64,000 nt of DNA from Myxococcales bacterium (GCA_047601445.1 JASGJH010000001.1:1440001-1504000); one strand, 5' to 3'; positions 29,210 through 43,159 are shown, counted from the first letter of the stretch. The notes: generated by a model from the sequence alone, not told the origin. Translations and numbers: made by a program.

Positions 29210-32200
29210 ATGCTCAACAGCTTGTATCCCGCGGGTCCTGCCACCACGCCGGGCGACCTCACCGCCGTCACCGAGGCGTACAAGCGCCGCGCCTGGATCG
29301 CGATGGCCGTGCTGGTCGGCTTCGCGCTCGTGTACCTGACCTTGTGGGGATGGTTCGGCTGGACCGCCTACCGGCTCGGGCTCGAGCTCTCGCGCCGACA
29401 CATCAACGTGTCCATCATGGCGGGCTGCCTGGTGTCGAGCTTGCTGCTCCTGTTCATGAGCCGAGCCCTGCTCGCCGTAAAGCGTGGCGCGCCCTCCGAG
29501 GACCTCGAGGTCACGGCTCAGGAGCAACCGTTGCTGTTCGAGTTCCTGTGGCGCGTGGCCGACGAGGTGGGGGCCCCCCGGCCCCATCACGTATTCCTCT
29601 CCCCCGACGTGAACGCCGCGGTCTTCTATGACGTGTCGTTCAAGAACCTGCTGGTGCCTTCGCACAAGAACCTGGTGATCGGGCTCGGCCTGGTGAATGC
29701 GTTGACGCTCGGCGAGTTCAAGGCCGTGCTGGCCCACGAGTTCGGCCACTTCGCGCAGCGCTCGATGGCCGTGGGACGCTGGGTCTACACCGCTCAACAA
29801 ATCGCGAATCACCTGGTCCATTCGCGTGGGATCTTCGACCGCATGTTGCGAGGCCTCTCGCGCTTCGACATCCGTGTCGCCTGGGTGGGCTGGATCCTGC
29901 GGCTCATCGTGTGGTCCATGCGCAGTCTGCTCGACACCGTGTTCTCCCTGGTGGTCATGGCGCAGCGTGCGCTGTCGCGCGAGATGGAGCTGCAGGCCGA
30001 CCTGGTCGCGGTCTCGCTCACGGGCAGCGACGCCATCGTGCACGCCCTGCACCGCCTGCGCGCCGCCGATGAGGCCTGGAGCATCGCCGTCCCCTTCGCC
30101 TTTGGCGAGCTCTCTTCTGGGCACCGCGTGGCCGACGTGTTCAGCCTACAGACGCGCGTCACCGAGCAGATGCGCGTGGTGCTCGACGACCCGGACTTCG
30201 GCAGCCCCCCTGCCCTGCCCGAGCGTCCCGAATCCCATCGCGTGTTCGAGGACAGCATCGCCCAACCACCGCGCATGTGGATGACGCATCCGCCGGGCCG
30301 CGAGCGCGAGGAAAACGCCAAGCGCCGCTACGTGTCGGCACCCGTCGATCAACGGAGTGCCTGGTCGGTGTTCGCCGATCCGGAGTCGCTGCGACACAAG
30401 CTCACCGATCGTCTGTTGCTCTCGCCGGAGGCCAAGGAACTACCGGCCGCCAGTCAAATCCAGGAGTCGCTGCAGCGATTGGACGCCGAGTACACGCGCA
30501 AGGGCGTCGACCCGCGCTATCGAGGCGTCTACCTGGGACGCCCGCTGACCCGCGAAGCCCAGCACGCGGACGAACTCTATGAACCTCAATCTCAGGCCGA
30601 TCTCGCGCAGCTCGCCGCGCTCTACCCGCGCAGCCTGGCCGGAGAGCTGAAGACCTGGCGCAATCTCCAGGAAGAGACCGCGATGTTGGAGGCCCTGTCG
30701 CGTGGCGATTCTGAGTCCGCCCGACGGCATCATACGCCACCGCGGGCGCGTGGTTCCGAAGCGAGAGCTCGCCAGCGTGGTCGCCGCCGTGAAGCGCGAA
30801 GAGCAAGCCGCGCTGTCGCGTCTGTGGGACCACGACAAGCAGTGCCGCTCGCTGCACCTCGCCGCAGCGCGCGCGCTGGGCCAGGGCTGGGAGGCCCATC
30901 TGCGGGGTCTGCTCTCGCTGTTGCACTACGCCGAGCACGGCGAGGCCAACCTGCGCGATGCCCGTGGTCACTTCTCGAACACGTTCGCCTGGGTCACCGC
31001 CGACGGCAGTGTCAGCGGGCGGGAGCTCAAGAAACTGGTCGCGGCCGCCAGCGAGGTGCACGTCGCGCTCTGGGAGCTGTTCGAACAGCGTGAGGCCGTC
31101 CAATTGCCCGCCGACGTACGCGAGAAGCTCGAGCTCGAAGGCTGGAGCGCGGCTTGGCCCAAACAGTTCGGGTTGCCGGCGCCCGAGAAGGAAAATATCG
31201 GGAACTTCCTGAACGTCGTGGATGGCTGGACCTCGGGCGTATTGTCGAGCCTGGTTGGCCTCAAGCGGGCGACCCTCGACGCCTTGCTCACGGTCGAGGA
31301 CCACGTGGCCGAATGCACACGCAGCGGCGCGGATCCAGGCGTAGCTCCGGCACCCGCCGCGATCCCCTCGAGCTATCGCATCATTCCGCTCGGGGCTCAG
31401 CGCGCGCGAGAGCGCATGCTGCACTGGTGGGATCGGTTTCAGCTCGGCGATGGCCTATTGCCCTCGAGCGCGCGCTTCGTGGTGGCCTTCAGCATCATGG
31501 CGGCGGTGCTCGGGCTCACGCGCGGCGTCGGTTCGTTCAACGTGGGGATCTACAACGGCCTGCAGACCCATGTCGAAGTCAGGATCGGAGAGCGGACCGT
31601 GCTGCTCGCGCCGCAAGGGCACGCCGAGATCGAGGTCCCTGAGGAGCAGACACTCCGCGTGGAGGCGCGCTTGCCGAGCGGCCAGAGCATCGAGCGATTC
31701 GAGATCACCACGGGTGGCGTGGGCGGTGACTACTTCTACAACGTCGCCAGCGCAGCCTCCCTGGTAGAGTGGACGGCCGTGTACTCGGCCACCGATGCGC
31801 AGCCGCCCGAGCGCTACCTCGGCAGTCCCCGCTGGGGCACCACGCAGGCCGGCGTGCTGTTCGAAGAGCCCCCGACCAAGGGTAAGGGAACGCGACTCGT
31901 GCTGCAGGCACTGGCAGCGAGCCCTGCCAAGCAGGTGGAGAGCATCAGCGATCAAGCGCAAAAGAACGCGCTCGTCGAGGCCCACATGCGCTTCGATTCG
32001 GTCTCGTCCCCCATGCTGGCGTCCTGGCTCGAGCTCGCTCCGATGTCGCCCAAGGCGGGCGACATCCTGCGTGCACGCGTGCAGGAGCACCCGGACGATA
32101 TGCTCGCCCAGCGCTGCCTCCAAAACGTGTTGCCCAAAGACGCGCTCCAGGCCCTCTGTACGCAGCAGCAAGCTCGCGCCGGCGCCGAGCCGGCCAATCA

Positions 32201-33053
32201 CGACTGGCAGTACCTGGCGATTCGCTGCTTGCCCGACTCCCCGGAGCGCGAGCGCGCATTTCTAGCCGCCCACGCTGCGGCGCCCCAGCACCCGTGGTTG
32301 GCCTGGGCTGCGGGTTCCTTCTTCGCGGACCGCGGGCAGTGGAAGGAGGCGTATGCGGCGCTGGCCCCGGCGCTCGCGAACATGCCTAGCGTGACACCCG
32401 ACAGCGTGAGCATGGTGGCTCGCCTCGCCCGCGTCACGGGCCGACAAGGCGACCTGCCGGCGCTCGCCGCGCGGGCGCCAGAACTCGAGCGCGAACTCAC
32501 ATGGGAACGGGGGAGCCCGGAGCTCGCGACGAGCCGCCTGCGAGCGTTCTCACAGCTCGCGCGCGGAGACCTCGAAGGAGCGCTGACGAGCGCACAGGGC
32601 GACGCCCAGCTCGCGGACTACGTGCTGCGCCTGGCAGCGGCGTCCCGCGGCGCGAGCGATGGGCTCGTGCAGCGCGCGCTGGCGCTGCCACCCGATCGCG
32701 GATTGGTCGCCGATTCGCTCTGGTCCACCTTGGCCCTGCACGTACGCCAGCGTCGCGATCTCACTCCATATCAGGACAAGATCGACAGCTTTGCCGGCCC
32801 GCACGCGGCCACCATGCGCCGCATTTTGACGGCGGGCCTCGAAGGCATGGAGCCCCGTCACGCCCATGGTGAGGTCGAGTCCCTGCTGCCAGGACTGCCC
32901 TTCGATCTTCGCGCGCATGCTCTGGTGATGGCGAGCGTGCTGCTCGATTACCGCGTGCCCGGCCCCTGGCTCAGCACGGCGAACGAGCTCCTCTTTGCGT
33001 CGGAGCGCCCCTTTCTGGGAGAATCGCTTGGGCCGACGGCGACCGGAAACTGA
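29210..33053 (+). CDS. Large M48-family (HtpX-like) zinc metalloprotease; apparent +1 frameshift at ~30707
   Basis: VNAAV, AVLAHEFGH, SREMELQAD and THPP motifs; frames join as LSRG-ILSPPDG. Confidence 0.8.
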
Positions 33054-33192
33054 TGCGACCGGCCACCGTGGGTCGTACCGCGCTCGCTTCGATACGGCCT
33101 CGCACGTGCTCGAACGGTCAGTTCGTGTCGAACTCGGGTTTGGCGCTGCCGCGTGCGCGCAGTGAGGAGTAGCTTCTGATGCGAGGGTTTGA

Positions 33193-34926
<1,734 letters not shown>

Positions 34927-35049
34927 CTGCCGCAGGCGGGAACCTTGCGAGCGTTCCGGCTCTATTTCGCCCGCGTTCGCGCGGACCGCGAGCCGGGAAG
35001 TCAGCGTTGAGAAGCGCCCTCCTCCGTGGCACCTCGAAGGAGGGGGACC

Positions 35050-35982
35050 ATGGAAACCGTCGTCACGCTGACCTTGAATCCAGCCGTCGACCTGAACACC
35101 ACCGTCGACGCCATGTTGCCCGAGCACAAGCTGCGCTGCCGCGACTCGCAGTACGATCCGGGCGGCGGCGGTCTCAACGTGGCGCGCGTGGTCCAAGCGC
35201 TTGGCGGTGAGGCGATCGCCGCCTGGACGCGCGGCGGTCCGACCGGCGAGATGTTGCACGCCCTGCTCGACGCCGAGAAGCTACGCCACGCGCCCTTGTC
35301 CATCGCCCAGCCCACGCGCGAGAGCGTGACCGTCACCGAGGCGAGCACCAACGCGCAGTATCGCTTCGTGCTCGAGGGCCCCACGCTGTCGGCAGCCGAG
35401 GCCGAGCGCATGGAGCGCTACGTCGCCGAGCTCGCGCCCACGCCAGACTACCTGGTGTTGAGCGGCAGCTTGCCCCCGGGCCTACCTGATGATTTCTACG
35501 TGCGACTCGCGCGCCGCGCCGGCGGTCGGACCCGGGTGATCGTCGACACCAGCGGGGCCGCGCTGGGCGCGCTCAAGGGCAGCCGCGTGTTCTTGATCAA
35601 GCCGAACCTGCGCGAGCTGAGCCTATTGGTGAAGCGTGAGCTCGAGACCCTGGCCGAGGTGGTGCAGGCCGCGCGCTCGCTGGTGTACGAGGGGACATCG
35701 GAGGCCGTGTTCGTCTCCATGGGAGGCCGCGGCGCGCTGCTCGTGACCCGGGATCGCCACGACGCCATCATGGCGCCTCCGGTGAAGCCCGCGAGTCGCG
35801 TCGGCGCGGGCGACAGCAGCGTGGGCGGCATGGTGGCGGCGCTCACGCGCGGGATGGACCTCTCGCAGGCCGCACGCTTCGGAGTCGCCGCCGGCTCCGC
35901 TTGCGTGATGACTCCGGGCACGCGCCTCTGCACACGCGCCGACACCGAACGATTGTTCCGCAGCATGGGAGATCCGTCATGA
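35050..35982 (+). CDS. pfkB: 1-phosphofructokinase/PfkB-family hexose kinase
   Basis: [35 protein letters not shown] and VGAGDS motifs. Confidence 0.9.
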   Translation: METVVTLTLNPAVDLNTTVDAMLPEHKLRCRDSQYDPGGGGLNVARVVQALGGEAIAAWTRGGPTGEMLHALLDAEKLRHAPLSIAQPTRESVTVTEASTNAQYRFVLEGPTLSAAEAERMERYVAELAPTPDYLVLSGSLPPGLPDDFYVRLARRAGGRTRVIVDTSGAALGALKGSRVFLIKPNLRELSLLVKRELETLAEVVQAARSLVYEGTSEAVFVSMGGRGALLVTRDRHDAIMAPPVKPASRVGAGDSSVGGMVAALTRGMDLSQAARFGVAAGSACVMTPGTRLCTRADTERLFRSMGDPS

Positions 35983-37577
35983 GCAAGCTCGTTTACCTGG
36001 GCATTCAAGTCGCCGACGTCTTGCGCAACGTGCCGCCCGCCGTGCTCTACGGTGAGGCCCTCAAGCGCGAGAAGGGCTCGGTCATCGCGTCCAACGGCGC
36101 GCTGGTGGCGATGTCCGGAGAGAAGACCGGTCGCAGCCCGGGCGACAAGCGCGTGGTCGACGAGCCCGGCAGCAGCGCCGACATCTGGTGGGGACCGGTG
36201 AACATCAGGCTCGAGCGACAGAGCTTCGAGATCAACCGCGAGCGCGCCATCGACTACCTCAACACGCGCGACCGCCTGTACATCGTCGATGGATTCGCGG
36301 GCTGGGATCCCAAGTACCGCATCAAGGTGCGCGTGGTCTGCGCGCGCGCCTACCACGCGCTGTTCATGCACAACATGCTGATCCGCCCCACGCCCCAGGA
36401 GCTCGCGGACTTCGGCGAGCCCGACTACCACGTGATCAACGGCGGCGCCTTCCCTGCCAACCGGCTCACGCCCGGTATGACCTCGCGCACCAGCGTCGAT
36501 TTGAGCCTGGAGCAGCGAACTCTGGTGATCCTGGGCACGGAATACGCGGGCGAGATGAAGAAGGGCGTCTTCACCGTGATGAACTACCTGATGCCCAAGC
36601 GCGGGCATCTTTCGATGCACTGTTCGGCCACCGAAGGCAAAGACGGCGATACCTCGGTGATGTTCGGTCTCTCGGGCACGGGCAAGACCACGCTCTCCGC
36701 CGACCCCAAGCGCCGCCTCATCGGCGACGACGAGCATGTCTGGACGGACCACGGCGTGTTCAACATCGAAGGAGGCTGCTACGCCAAGGCCATCGATCTA
36801 AGCGAAGCGCAGGAGCCAGACATCTATCGGGCCATCCGCTTCGGCACCGTGCTGGAAAACGTGGTCTATGACCCCGACAACCACCACGTCGACTACGCCA
36901 ATGCGAGCATCACCAAGAACACGCGCGCGTCCTATCCCCTGGAGTTCATCGAGAACGTCAAGATCCCCGCCATCGGAGGCATCCCCAAGAACGTGATCTT
37001 CTTGACCGCCGACGCCTTCGGCGTGTTGCCGCCGGTGAGCAACCTGAGCGCGGCCCAGGCCATGTACCACTTCATGAGCGGCTACACGGCCAAGGTGGCT
37101 GGCACCGAGGTCGGCGTGAACGAACCCGAGGCAACCTTCTCGCCCTGCTTCGGCGGCCCGTTCATGGTCTGGCATCCCGCCAAGTACGCCGAGCTCTTGG
37201 CCGAGCGACTCAAGAAGCACGGCGCGCAGACCTGGCTCGTGAACACGGGTTGGTCAGGCGGCTCCTACGGGGTCGGCCGCCGCATCAAGCTGGCCCACAC
37301 GCGCGCCATCATCGACGCCATTCATGACGGCAGCTTGGCCCGCGCCGACACCTACGAGGACCCCATCTTCGGCTTCGCGGTGCCCAAGACGTGCCCGGAT
37401 GTCCCCGCCGAGATCCTGAATCCGCGCAACACCTGGCAGGACAAGGCGGCCTACGACGCGACGGCGCTGAAGCTGGCAGGCCTGTTCGTGGAGAACTTCA
37501 AGAAGTACGAAGCCGGGGCGCGCGCCGACGTCCGGGCCGCAGGTCCCCACGCGCCACGGGGCGCTGCGCTTCACTGA
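35979..37577 (+). CDS. pckA: Phosphoenolpyruvate carboxykinase (ATP)
   Basis: [28 protein letters not shown] and [19 protein letters not shown] motifs. Confidence 0.98.
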   Translation: MSKLVYLGIQVADVLRNVPPAVLYGEALKREKGSVIASNGALVAMSGEKTGRSPGDKRVVDEPGSSADIWWGPVNIRLERQSFEINRERAIDYLNTRDRLYIVDGFAGWDPKYRIKVRVVCARAYHALFMHNMLIRPTPQELADFGEPDYHVINGGAFPANRLTPGMTSRTSVDLSLEQRTLVILGTEYAGEMKKGVFTVMNYLMPKRGHLSMHCSATEGKDGDTSVMFGLSGTGKTTLSADPKRRLIGDDEHVWTDHGVFNIEGGCYAKAIDLSEAQEPDIYRAIRFGTVLENVVYDPDNHHVDYANASITKNTRASYPLEFIENVKIPAIGGIPKNVIFLTADAFGVLPPVSNLSAAQAMYHFMSGYTAKVAGTEVGVNEPEATFSPCFGGPFMVWHPAKYAELLAERLKKHGAQTWLVNTGWSGGSYGVGRRIKLAHTRAIIDAIHDGSLARADTYEDPIFGFAVPKTCPDVPAEILNPRNTWQDKAAYDATALKLAGLFVENFKKYEAGARADVRAAGPHAPRGAALH

Positions 37578-37583
37578 GGGCCT

Positions 37584-38180
37584 TCAGCGAGGGCGGGACA
37601 GTTCCCCGACGTGCTCGACGATGCGGCCCACCAGCCCGTACTCCATGGCCTCCTGCGCGCCGAGCCAGTGGTTGCGCGCGCTGTCACGGGCGATGCGCTC
37701 CGGCGTCTGCCCCGTGGCCCGCGCGAAGATGCTCTGCAAGCGCGTGCGCATCGCCAGCATCTGCTCCGCCTCGATGGCGATGTCGGCCGCCTGCCCCTGA
37801 TAGCCGCCGCTAGGTTCGTGCAAAAGAAAGCGCGTGTTCGGCAAGCACAGTCGTCGCTCACGCGGCACGGCGCAGTAGATCAAGGCCCCCGCGCTGGCCA
37901 CCCAACCGGTGCCCACGATGTGCACCTCGGGCTGGATGAAGCGGATCATGTCGTGGATGGTGTCCCCCGACTCCACGTGTCCACCGGGTGAATGCAGCAC
38001 GAGGCGGATGGGCTCCGACCCCCGCGCCGCGAGCGCCATGAGTTGCGCCGCGACCCGCTCGGCCAAGGCCGGCGTGACCTCCCCCACGATCAACACGCTG
38101 CGCGCCGCGAACAACGTGTCCGCGATCATCCCACCTGCCCGTGCCAGGGCCTCTGCCAAGTGCTCTGCCTGCTCGCTCAT
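37584..38180 (-). CDS. clpP: ATP-dependent Clp protease proteolytic subunit (stand-alone paralogue)
   Basis: HSPGG, GWVASAG (Ser), RFLLHEP (His), QAADI (Asp) and EAMEYGLV motifs. Confidence 0.9.
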   Translation of the reverse strand: MSEQAEHLAEALARAGGMIADTLFAARSVLIVGEVTPALAERVAAQLMALAARGSEPIRLVLHSPGGHVESGDTIHDMIRFIQPEVHIVGTGWVASAGALIYCAVPRERRLCLPNTRFLLHEPSGGYQGQAADIAIEAEQMLAMRTRLQSIFARATGQTPERIARDSARNHWLGAQEAMEYGLVGRIVEHVGELSRPR

Positions 38181-38215
38181 GCGATCCAGGCTGGCGCTCC
38201 ACGCCCTGCCTGACC

Positions 38216-38728
38216 ATGTCCGGGACTCTCGGGCTTTTGTCCGAAGCTCTCGTTCTCGAGGCCGTGGCGAACTCACCCTGGACGCGCCACGCGGCGCGGC
38301 GCATGGTCTCAGGCATGGCCCACCCACCGCGTTCCTCCGAGGCTCCCGCGCTGTACCTGGTCCGCACCCAACCCGTCCCCGATCCCATCACGCGCGCCGA
38401 GCAGCTCATGCGAGCTCGCCTCGAGCAGCGCTGGACGGTCAACCAACTGGCGCGCCAGGTGGGCATGTCTCGCCCCGTGTTCGCCCGCAAGTTTCGCGAG
38501 GCCACGGGCCTCTCTCCGCTGCGCTACCTCACGCAGCGCCGCATGGAGCGAGCGGCCGAGTTGCTCGTGCAGTCGGAGCTCGGTCTGTCTGCCGTCGCCG
38601 AGCACGTGGGCTACGTCTCGGAGTTCGCCTTCAACCGAGCCTTCAAGCGCTACCATGCCCTGGCGCCGGGCAGCTTCCGACGCAGGGCCCTGGAGCGCGG
38701 CATGTGGCCCAGCCTGCGCGCCGCCTGA
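38216..38728 (+). CDS. AraC-family HTH protein (essentially DNA-binding domain only)
   Basis: [21 protein letters not shown]...[15 protein letters not shown]; start uncertain (38216-38315). Confidence 0.8.
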   Translation: MSGTLGLLSEALVLEAVANSPWTRHAARRMVSGMAHPPRSSEAPALYLVRTQPVPDPITRAEQLMRARLEQRWTVNQLARQVGMSRPVFARKFREATGLSPLRYLTQRRMERAAELLVQSELGLSAVAEHVGYVSEFAFNRAFKRYHALAPGSFRRRALERGMWPSLRAA

Positions 38729-38731
38729 GAT

Positions 38732-40102
38732 CTACTCCGCGAGAAGCTGGCTGTACGTGTCGTCCGCGCTCGGGCCATCCATGGTGGCGTCGGTCCACTC
38801 GTAGATGTAGTGCGTGCCGCCAAAGCTCGCCGGATCGGCCAGCACTTCGTGGGTGAAGAACCAGGCCGCCGCGTTGGTGCCCGGCGAGTCGAGGCCGTAG
38901 AGCTTGAGCACACGGGCGCGCGAGATGGGGTCGGTCACCGTCTCGATCACGAAGAAGTCGTGGTGCTCATCGAGGATCGAGTAGGGCGCCGTCACGATGG
39001 CCGGGTCGGCTTCCCCGGCCGCGCCGCGCCCGTAGAACCAAGCCGTGGCGCCGTCGAACTTGTTGTAGGACTTGGTCAGCTTGTTGCCTTCCAGGTAGCC
39101 CACGATGTGCTGTCCGAAGGGGCCGCCAAGCACCACCACAAGCTCGCCCGCGCCCACGACCGGCTGTCCGGTCTCCTGGTTCAAGGCGTTGGAGTTGGTC
39201 TGCTCGATGGTCTGCGACGGCGTCTCGTCCGAGCACAGATCGCCGAACGCAATGTAGAGGTCCTGGGCGCGCGCGTCGTCCGTGGCGTGACCATCCAGCA
39301 AGAAGGAGAACTTCACGGCGTCGCACACGTGCGCCACGGTGTTCTCGGTGCAGCTCAGCGCGCCGCAGAACTGGGACGCGTCGCATACGACGTTACAGCC
39401 CTTGCAGTTATCCGGATCGCGCTCGAGCACCGCGCAGCGCGTATCGCAGCAGTCGTAGCCCTCGGGGCAAACCTCGCCGCGGTCTCCACAGGTGGCGATG
39501 CATTGACGCGTCGAGCACACACGCCCTGGAGCGCACTCGTCGTCGGCCACGCACAGGGAGCAGTCTCCGTCGGGCTCGCAGATGCCGCTCGCGCAGCGAT
39601 ACATGTTGCAGCCGACCTTGCAGCTGAAGTCGCTGCCGTCGCAGTACTGCCCAACCGGACAATTGTCCTGGGGCCCCGGCAAGCACTTCACGCAGGTCTG
39701 GCTCTCGAGATCACAGCGTGGCTCTTCGCCGCTGCAGTGGGCTTCCTTCAAGCACTCGACACACAGATGAATGCTCGTGTCGCAATGCCCCTTGGCGCCG
39801 GTGCAGTGCTCGTCGGAGAGACACTCCGCGCAGGTCTTGTCGGGCAAACACAGTCCGGGGCCACAGCTATCGCAGATGTCCGGTACGGGGTCGTCGCCGT
39901 CCCCATCGCCATCGCCCTGCCCGTGACCGCCGTCATCACCCGGGCCCGCCTCGTGCCCGCCCACGGCGCCGTCGCGACCTGCGTCCTGCCCGCCATCAGA
40001 GTCCGTAGAGCCCCCCTCGGGAGTCGTCTCGTCGCAGCTCGCAAACATGCTGAAGAGGGGGAGCGCGGCGGCGGCGATCCACTGCTTCCTTCGCTCCAGC
40101 AT
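38732..40102 (-). CDS. Cys-rich myxobacterial-type lipoprotein
   Basis: Lipobox FASC; G/D-rich linker; many CxxC/C-x5-C repeats. Confidence 0.75.
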   Translation of the reverse strand: MLERRKQWIAAAALPLFSMFASCDETTPEGGSTDSDGGQDAGRDGAVGGHEAGPGDDGGHGQGDGDGDGDDPVPDICDSCGPGLCLPDKTCAECLSDEHCTGAKGHCDTSIHLCVECLKEAHCSGEEPRCDLESQTCVKCLPGPQDNCPVGQYCDGSDFSCKVGCNMYRCASGICEPDGDCSLCVADDECAPGRVCSTRQCIATCGDRGEVCPEGYDCCDTRCAVLERDPDNCKGCNVVCDASQFCGALSCTENTVAHVCDAVKFSFLLDGHATDDARAQDLYIAFGDLCSDETPSQTIEQTNSNALNQETGQPVVGAGELVVVLGGPFGQHIVGYLEGNKLTKSYNKFDGATAWFYGRGAAGEADPAIVTAPYSILDEHHDFFVIETVTDPISRARVLKLYGLDSPGTNAAAWFFTHEVLADPASFGGTHYIYEWTDATMDGPSADDTYSQLLAE

Positions 40103-40327
40103 CCTGCTTCTCCCTCGGCCGCGCGCCCCAATGCGTAAGCCCCATCTGCGATAGTACATACAGCGCGCGCGAACCGCGCCATTTCCCTGGCGTTAAAGCG
40201 TAAGAAGAGCGGACGCTGAGCAAAATCGTCCCAGGTGTGCAGAGGTGGGAGAGCACCGGCGCGCGCGGCAGAGGCGCGGCATTTCGTGCTGAATTTAGGC
40301 TATTTCTACCGCGAGTCGCAGCTTTGA

Positions 40328-40855
40328 CTACGCACGGAGCGCGCGCAGAAATGCCTCTTCGATCCCTCGATCGAAGGCCACCAGCATGACCTGCTCGAGC
40401 TCGGGTGAGAGCTCGCTGCAACGCTGGATCTCCTGCACCGCCACGCGACACGCTGCTTCGTGCGGATAACCGTAGACCCCGCAACTGATGGCCGGAAAAG
40501 CCACGCTACGAAAGCCGTGCTCTCGCACCAGCGCTAGACAGCTGCGATAGCAGCTCGCGAGCAGCTCGGGTTCTCCTCGGCTGCCCCCTTCCCAAATGGG
40601 TCCCACCGTGTGGATGACGTGGCGCGCCGGGAGCGCGAAACCCTGGGTCAGGCGGGCCTCACCCGTGGGACAGCGCACACCGGGGGACGCTTCGGGTAGC
40701 AGACGGCAGGCCTCGAGGAGTTGCGGCCCCGCAGCACGATGGATTGCCCCGTCTACCCCACCACCACCGAGCATGCGCTCGTTGGCGGCGTTCACGATGG
40801 CATCCACCGCGAGCTGCGTGATGTCCCCCAGCACGATCTCGAGCTGCGCCGTCAT
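40328..40855 (-). CDS. ymdB: Macrodomain O-acetyl-ADP-ribose deacetylase
   Basis: [30 protein letters not shown] and [12 protein letters not shown] motifs. Confidence 0.93.
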   Translation of the reverse strand: MTAQLEIVLGDITQLAVDAIVNAANERMLGGGGVDGAIHRAAGPQLLEACRLLPEASPGVRCPTGEARLTQGFALPARHVIHTVGPIWEGGSRGEPELLASCYRSCLALVREHGFRSVAFPAISCGVYGYPHEAACRVAVQEIQRCSELSPELEQVMLVAFDRGIEEAFLRALRA

Positions 40856-40895
40856 GCCACCACCTGCGCCGCGTTATACCGCACGCGAGCGGGCG

Positions 40896-41501
40896 CTAGG
40901 TCGCCAGGTGATGGTGGTGGTGGTGCTCGAACGACTTGAGGCGCAGCGCCGATCCCGTGAGAGCCGCGCCGAAGATCAGCGCGTAGATGCCCGCCATCCA
41001 CACCAGCGTCGCGATCCCGATCCCGGGCGCCGCCAGGAGCAGAATCCCGAACAGCACCGACGCCCCGCCCGCAATCCACAGCGACCACTCTTTGATCCCC
41101 GTCTCGCGCCGCACGGTGTTGCCGGCGGCGATTTCGGCGCCGCCCGTGACGATGAAGCGCACGGCCACCATGATCAGCACGCCGAGCGCGAACTGCAGTG
41201 GCCGCCGGTAGGCCAGCATGCCCACCAGGATGCTCAGCGCTCCCTCGAGGAGGAACGGCCAATAGCGCTCTCCAGCGCGCGCCGCGCGGAAGCCGGCCAC
41301 CACGCTGAACACACCGTCGACCAAGAAGTACGCGCCTGCCGCCGCCAAGAAGGCCGCCATCGTGAGAGCCGGCCGCGTGAGCGCGAGCAAGCCCACTGCG
41401 ATGCCGAGCAAACCTCGCAGCGCGATGGCCCACCAGGCCTTGTGCATGAACGCTTCGACAAACTCCTGCTTGACCCGGATCGGTCCTTCTTCTCGCATCA
41501 T
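40896..41501 (-). CDS. HdeD/DUF308 family membrane protein with His6 tail
   Basis: WWAIALRGLLGIAVG...GAYFLVDG repeats; ends FEHHHHHHLAT. Confidence 0.85.
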   Translation of the reverse strand: MMREEGPIRVKQEFVEAFMHKAWWAIALRGLLGIAVGLLALTRPALTMAAFLAAAGAYFLVDGVFSVVAGFRAARAGERYWPFLLEGALSILVGMLAYRRPLQFALGVLIMVAVRFIVTGGAEIAAGNTVRRETGIKEWSLWIAGGASVLFGILLLAAPGIGIATLVWMAGIYALIFGAALTGSALRLKSFEHHHHHHLAT

Positions 41502-41903
41502 GACGCCCCTCCCTTGCGTGGTGGCCCCCACGGCCCCGACTGGTAGGCAAAGTGGGTCCAGACGCCGCGCGAGAAAGCCCTGCGCAGCACGCAGACGGCA
41601 GCGGCGCGAGCTTTCAACGCGCGGTAGCGTGCCGAGTCGTTCGAATCCGCAGGGGAGTCGTGCTCTGCGAAGCAATCCGCCGGCCTTTTGTCGGTCGTGA
41701 GCGTCGTGGTGGACATCGACTTTGACGGCCGCGGCGACGGTGTGCGTGATCGCTGCGATGGACGGTTGGAATCGCCGCCGTTGCTATGCCCTCAACGTGG
41801 GTCGCGCACGCACGCCGTCGCGGTCGCTGTCAAAGTGGACGGCGCCGACCAAGTCCAGGGTCAACGGGTAGATTCCCAACGGCTGGCGAGCCTCCCGCAG
41901 ACG

Positions 41904-43127
41904 TCAGCGCCCGGCCAGGGCGTACGGCTGGTACACCGGCACCCCATGCGGCGTCGGCGCGCTGAACTCTCGGATGAGCCGGGCACGCCCGCGCCGCTGG
42001 GCCCAGCCGCGCAGCGACGGAGACAGCTGCTGCGCCAACTCGAACGGCAAGGCGACGGCCGCGATGGTGGGCGCGGCGTGCTTCCAGCGCGTGTCCGCGA
42101 TGCCCAGGGAATCCGAGGCGCGTTTGCCCAGAAAATAGCGACAAAATCCGATCAAAAAGTCCCCGATGTGGTCGCCGAACGGGCCGCGTGCCACGGGGCT
42201 CTCGAGCCAGTGCTGGGTCAGCGCGCTGGCCAGGGCCACACCGTCCGCATCAGGGCCGTCTTCCGTGACGTTGAAGATCCCGAGCAGCTCGAGGCCCTCA
42301 CGGAACGATTTGGGCACGAGCGCGTCGTCCACCCCGAGCAGGTAGCTCACGTAGCGCCAAAGGTGCATCACGGCCTCGCGTTCCTCGGCCGTGTCGATGC
42401 GACCGAGCGCGCAGCTGGCGCCCAGATAGCTCACGCTGAACTGGAGATGGGTGGCGATCAGGTCCCGTTGGTTGATCGGAATGCCCCACGGATCCACGCG
42501 CCAGTCCGGCGAGCGCAGCAGCGAGCGGCGCACCATCGCGTGCATCACGCGCACACGCACGCTGGTCTTGAAGCCCGCGCTCCCGCGGCCCATGTCGCCC
42601 GACGTGTACACGTCCAGGGTGAAGCGGGCCGTGGCATCGAGGCGCTTGGCGGCGAGCTCCGTGAGGGCCCCGGTAGCGACCAGCGGCTTGGTGGCGTACT
42701 TCGTCAGGTAACCGCTCATCAAGACGGCGCTGAGGGCGCACATCGCGTCGGTGCCGTGGCGCAGGACAGCGCGCGTGCCGAGCTCCACCTGACGGCGGTC
42801 GAGCCATGCGGGCTCCGCGTCGAGCTGCTCGAAGAGCGCGACGAGTTCGGGCGGCGCATCCGGGACGCTCGCGATGCCCTGCTCGAGCGCGCGCTCGAAG
42901 AGCGCCCTGCCCTCGCGCATGCCGTATCGGTGGAACGCCTCCACCAGGGCGTCTGCCAAGGGGTCACTCTCCATGCACGCGCGCTCGAGGCGCGTGATGC
43001 GCGGGTCGCTCGGGGCGATGCGGACGTCGAGCAGCCGCAGGGCCACGCCGAGACGCTCGGAGAGCAGGCTGCCCGGCGCGCGCTGACGTCGGAGGGAACG
43101 CTGTGGGCTCGGGCTCGAAGCGATCAT
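41904..43127 (-). CDS. Oxygenase MpaB/DUF2236 (Lcp-like haem oxygenase) family
   Basis: DPLAD, KRLDAT, RVRVMHAMVR, WGIPINQRD and HLWRYVSYLLGV motifs. Confidence 0.88.
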   Translation of the reverse strand: MIASSPSPQRSLRRQRAPGSLLSERLGVALRLLDVRIAPSDPRITRLERACMESDPLADALVEAFHRYGMREGRALFERALEQGIASVPDAPPELVALFEQLDAEPAWLDRRQVELGTRAVLRHGTDAMCALSAVLMSGYLTKYATKPLVATGALTELAAKRLDATARFTLDVYTSGDMGRGSAGFKTSVRVRVMHAMVRRSLLRSPDWRVDPWGIPINQRDLIATHLQFSVSYLGASCALGRIDTAEEREAVMHLWRYVSYLLGVDDALVPKSFREGLELLGIFNVTEDGPDADGVALASALTQHWLESPVARGPFGDHIGDFLIGFCRYFLGKRASDSLGIADTRWKHAAPTIAAVALPFELAQQLSPSLRGWAQRRGRARLIREFSAPTPHGVPVYQPYALAGR

Positions 43128-43159
43128 GGTGGCTCCTTGGGGCTTGCACTCAGGCTAAA

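Noticed and set aside
40902..40931. pET-style LEHHHHHH vector contamination
   Set aside because: The sequence is TTCGAG CAC CAC CAC CAC CAT CAC CTG, with no XhoI site, no immediate stop and native flanks
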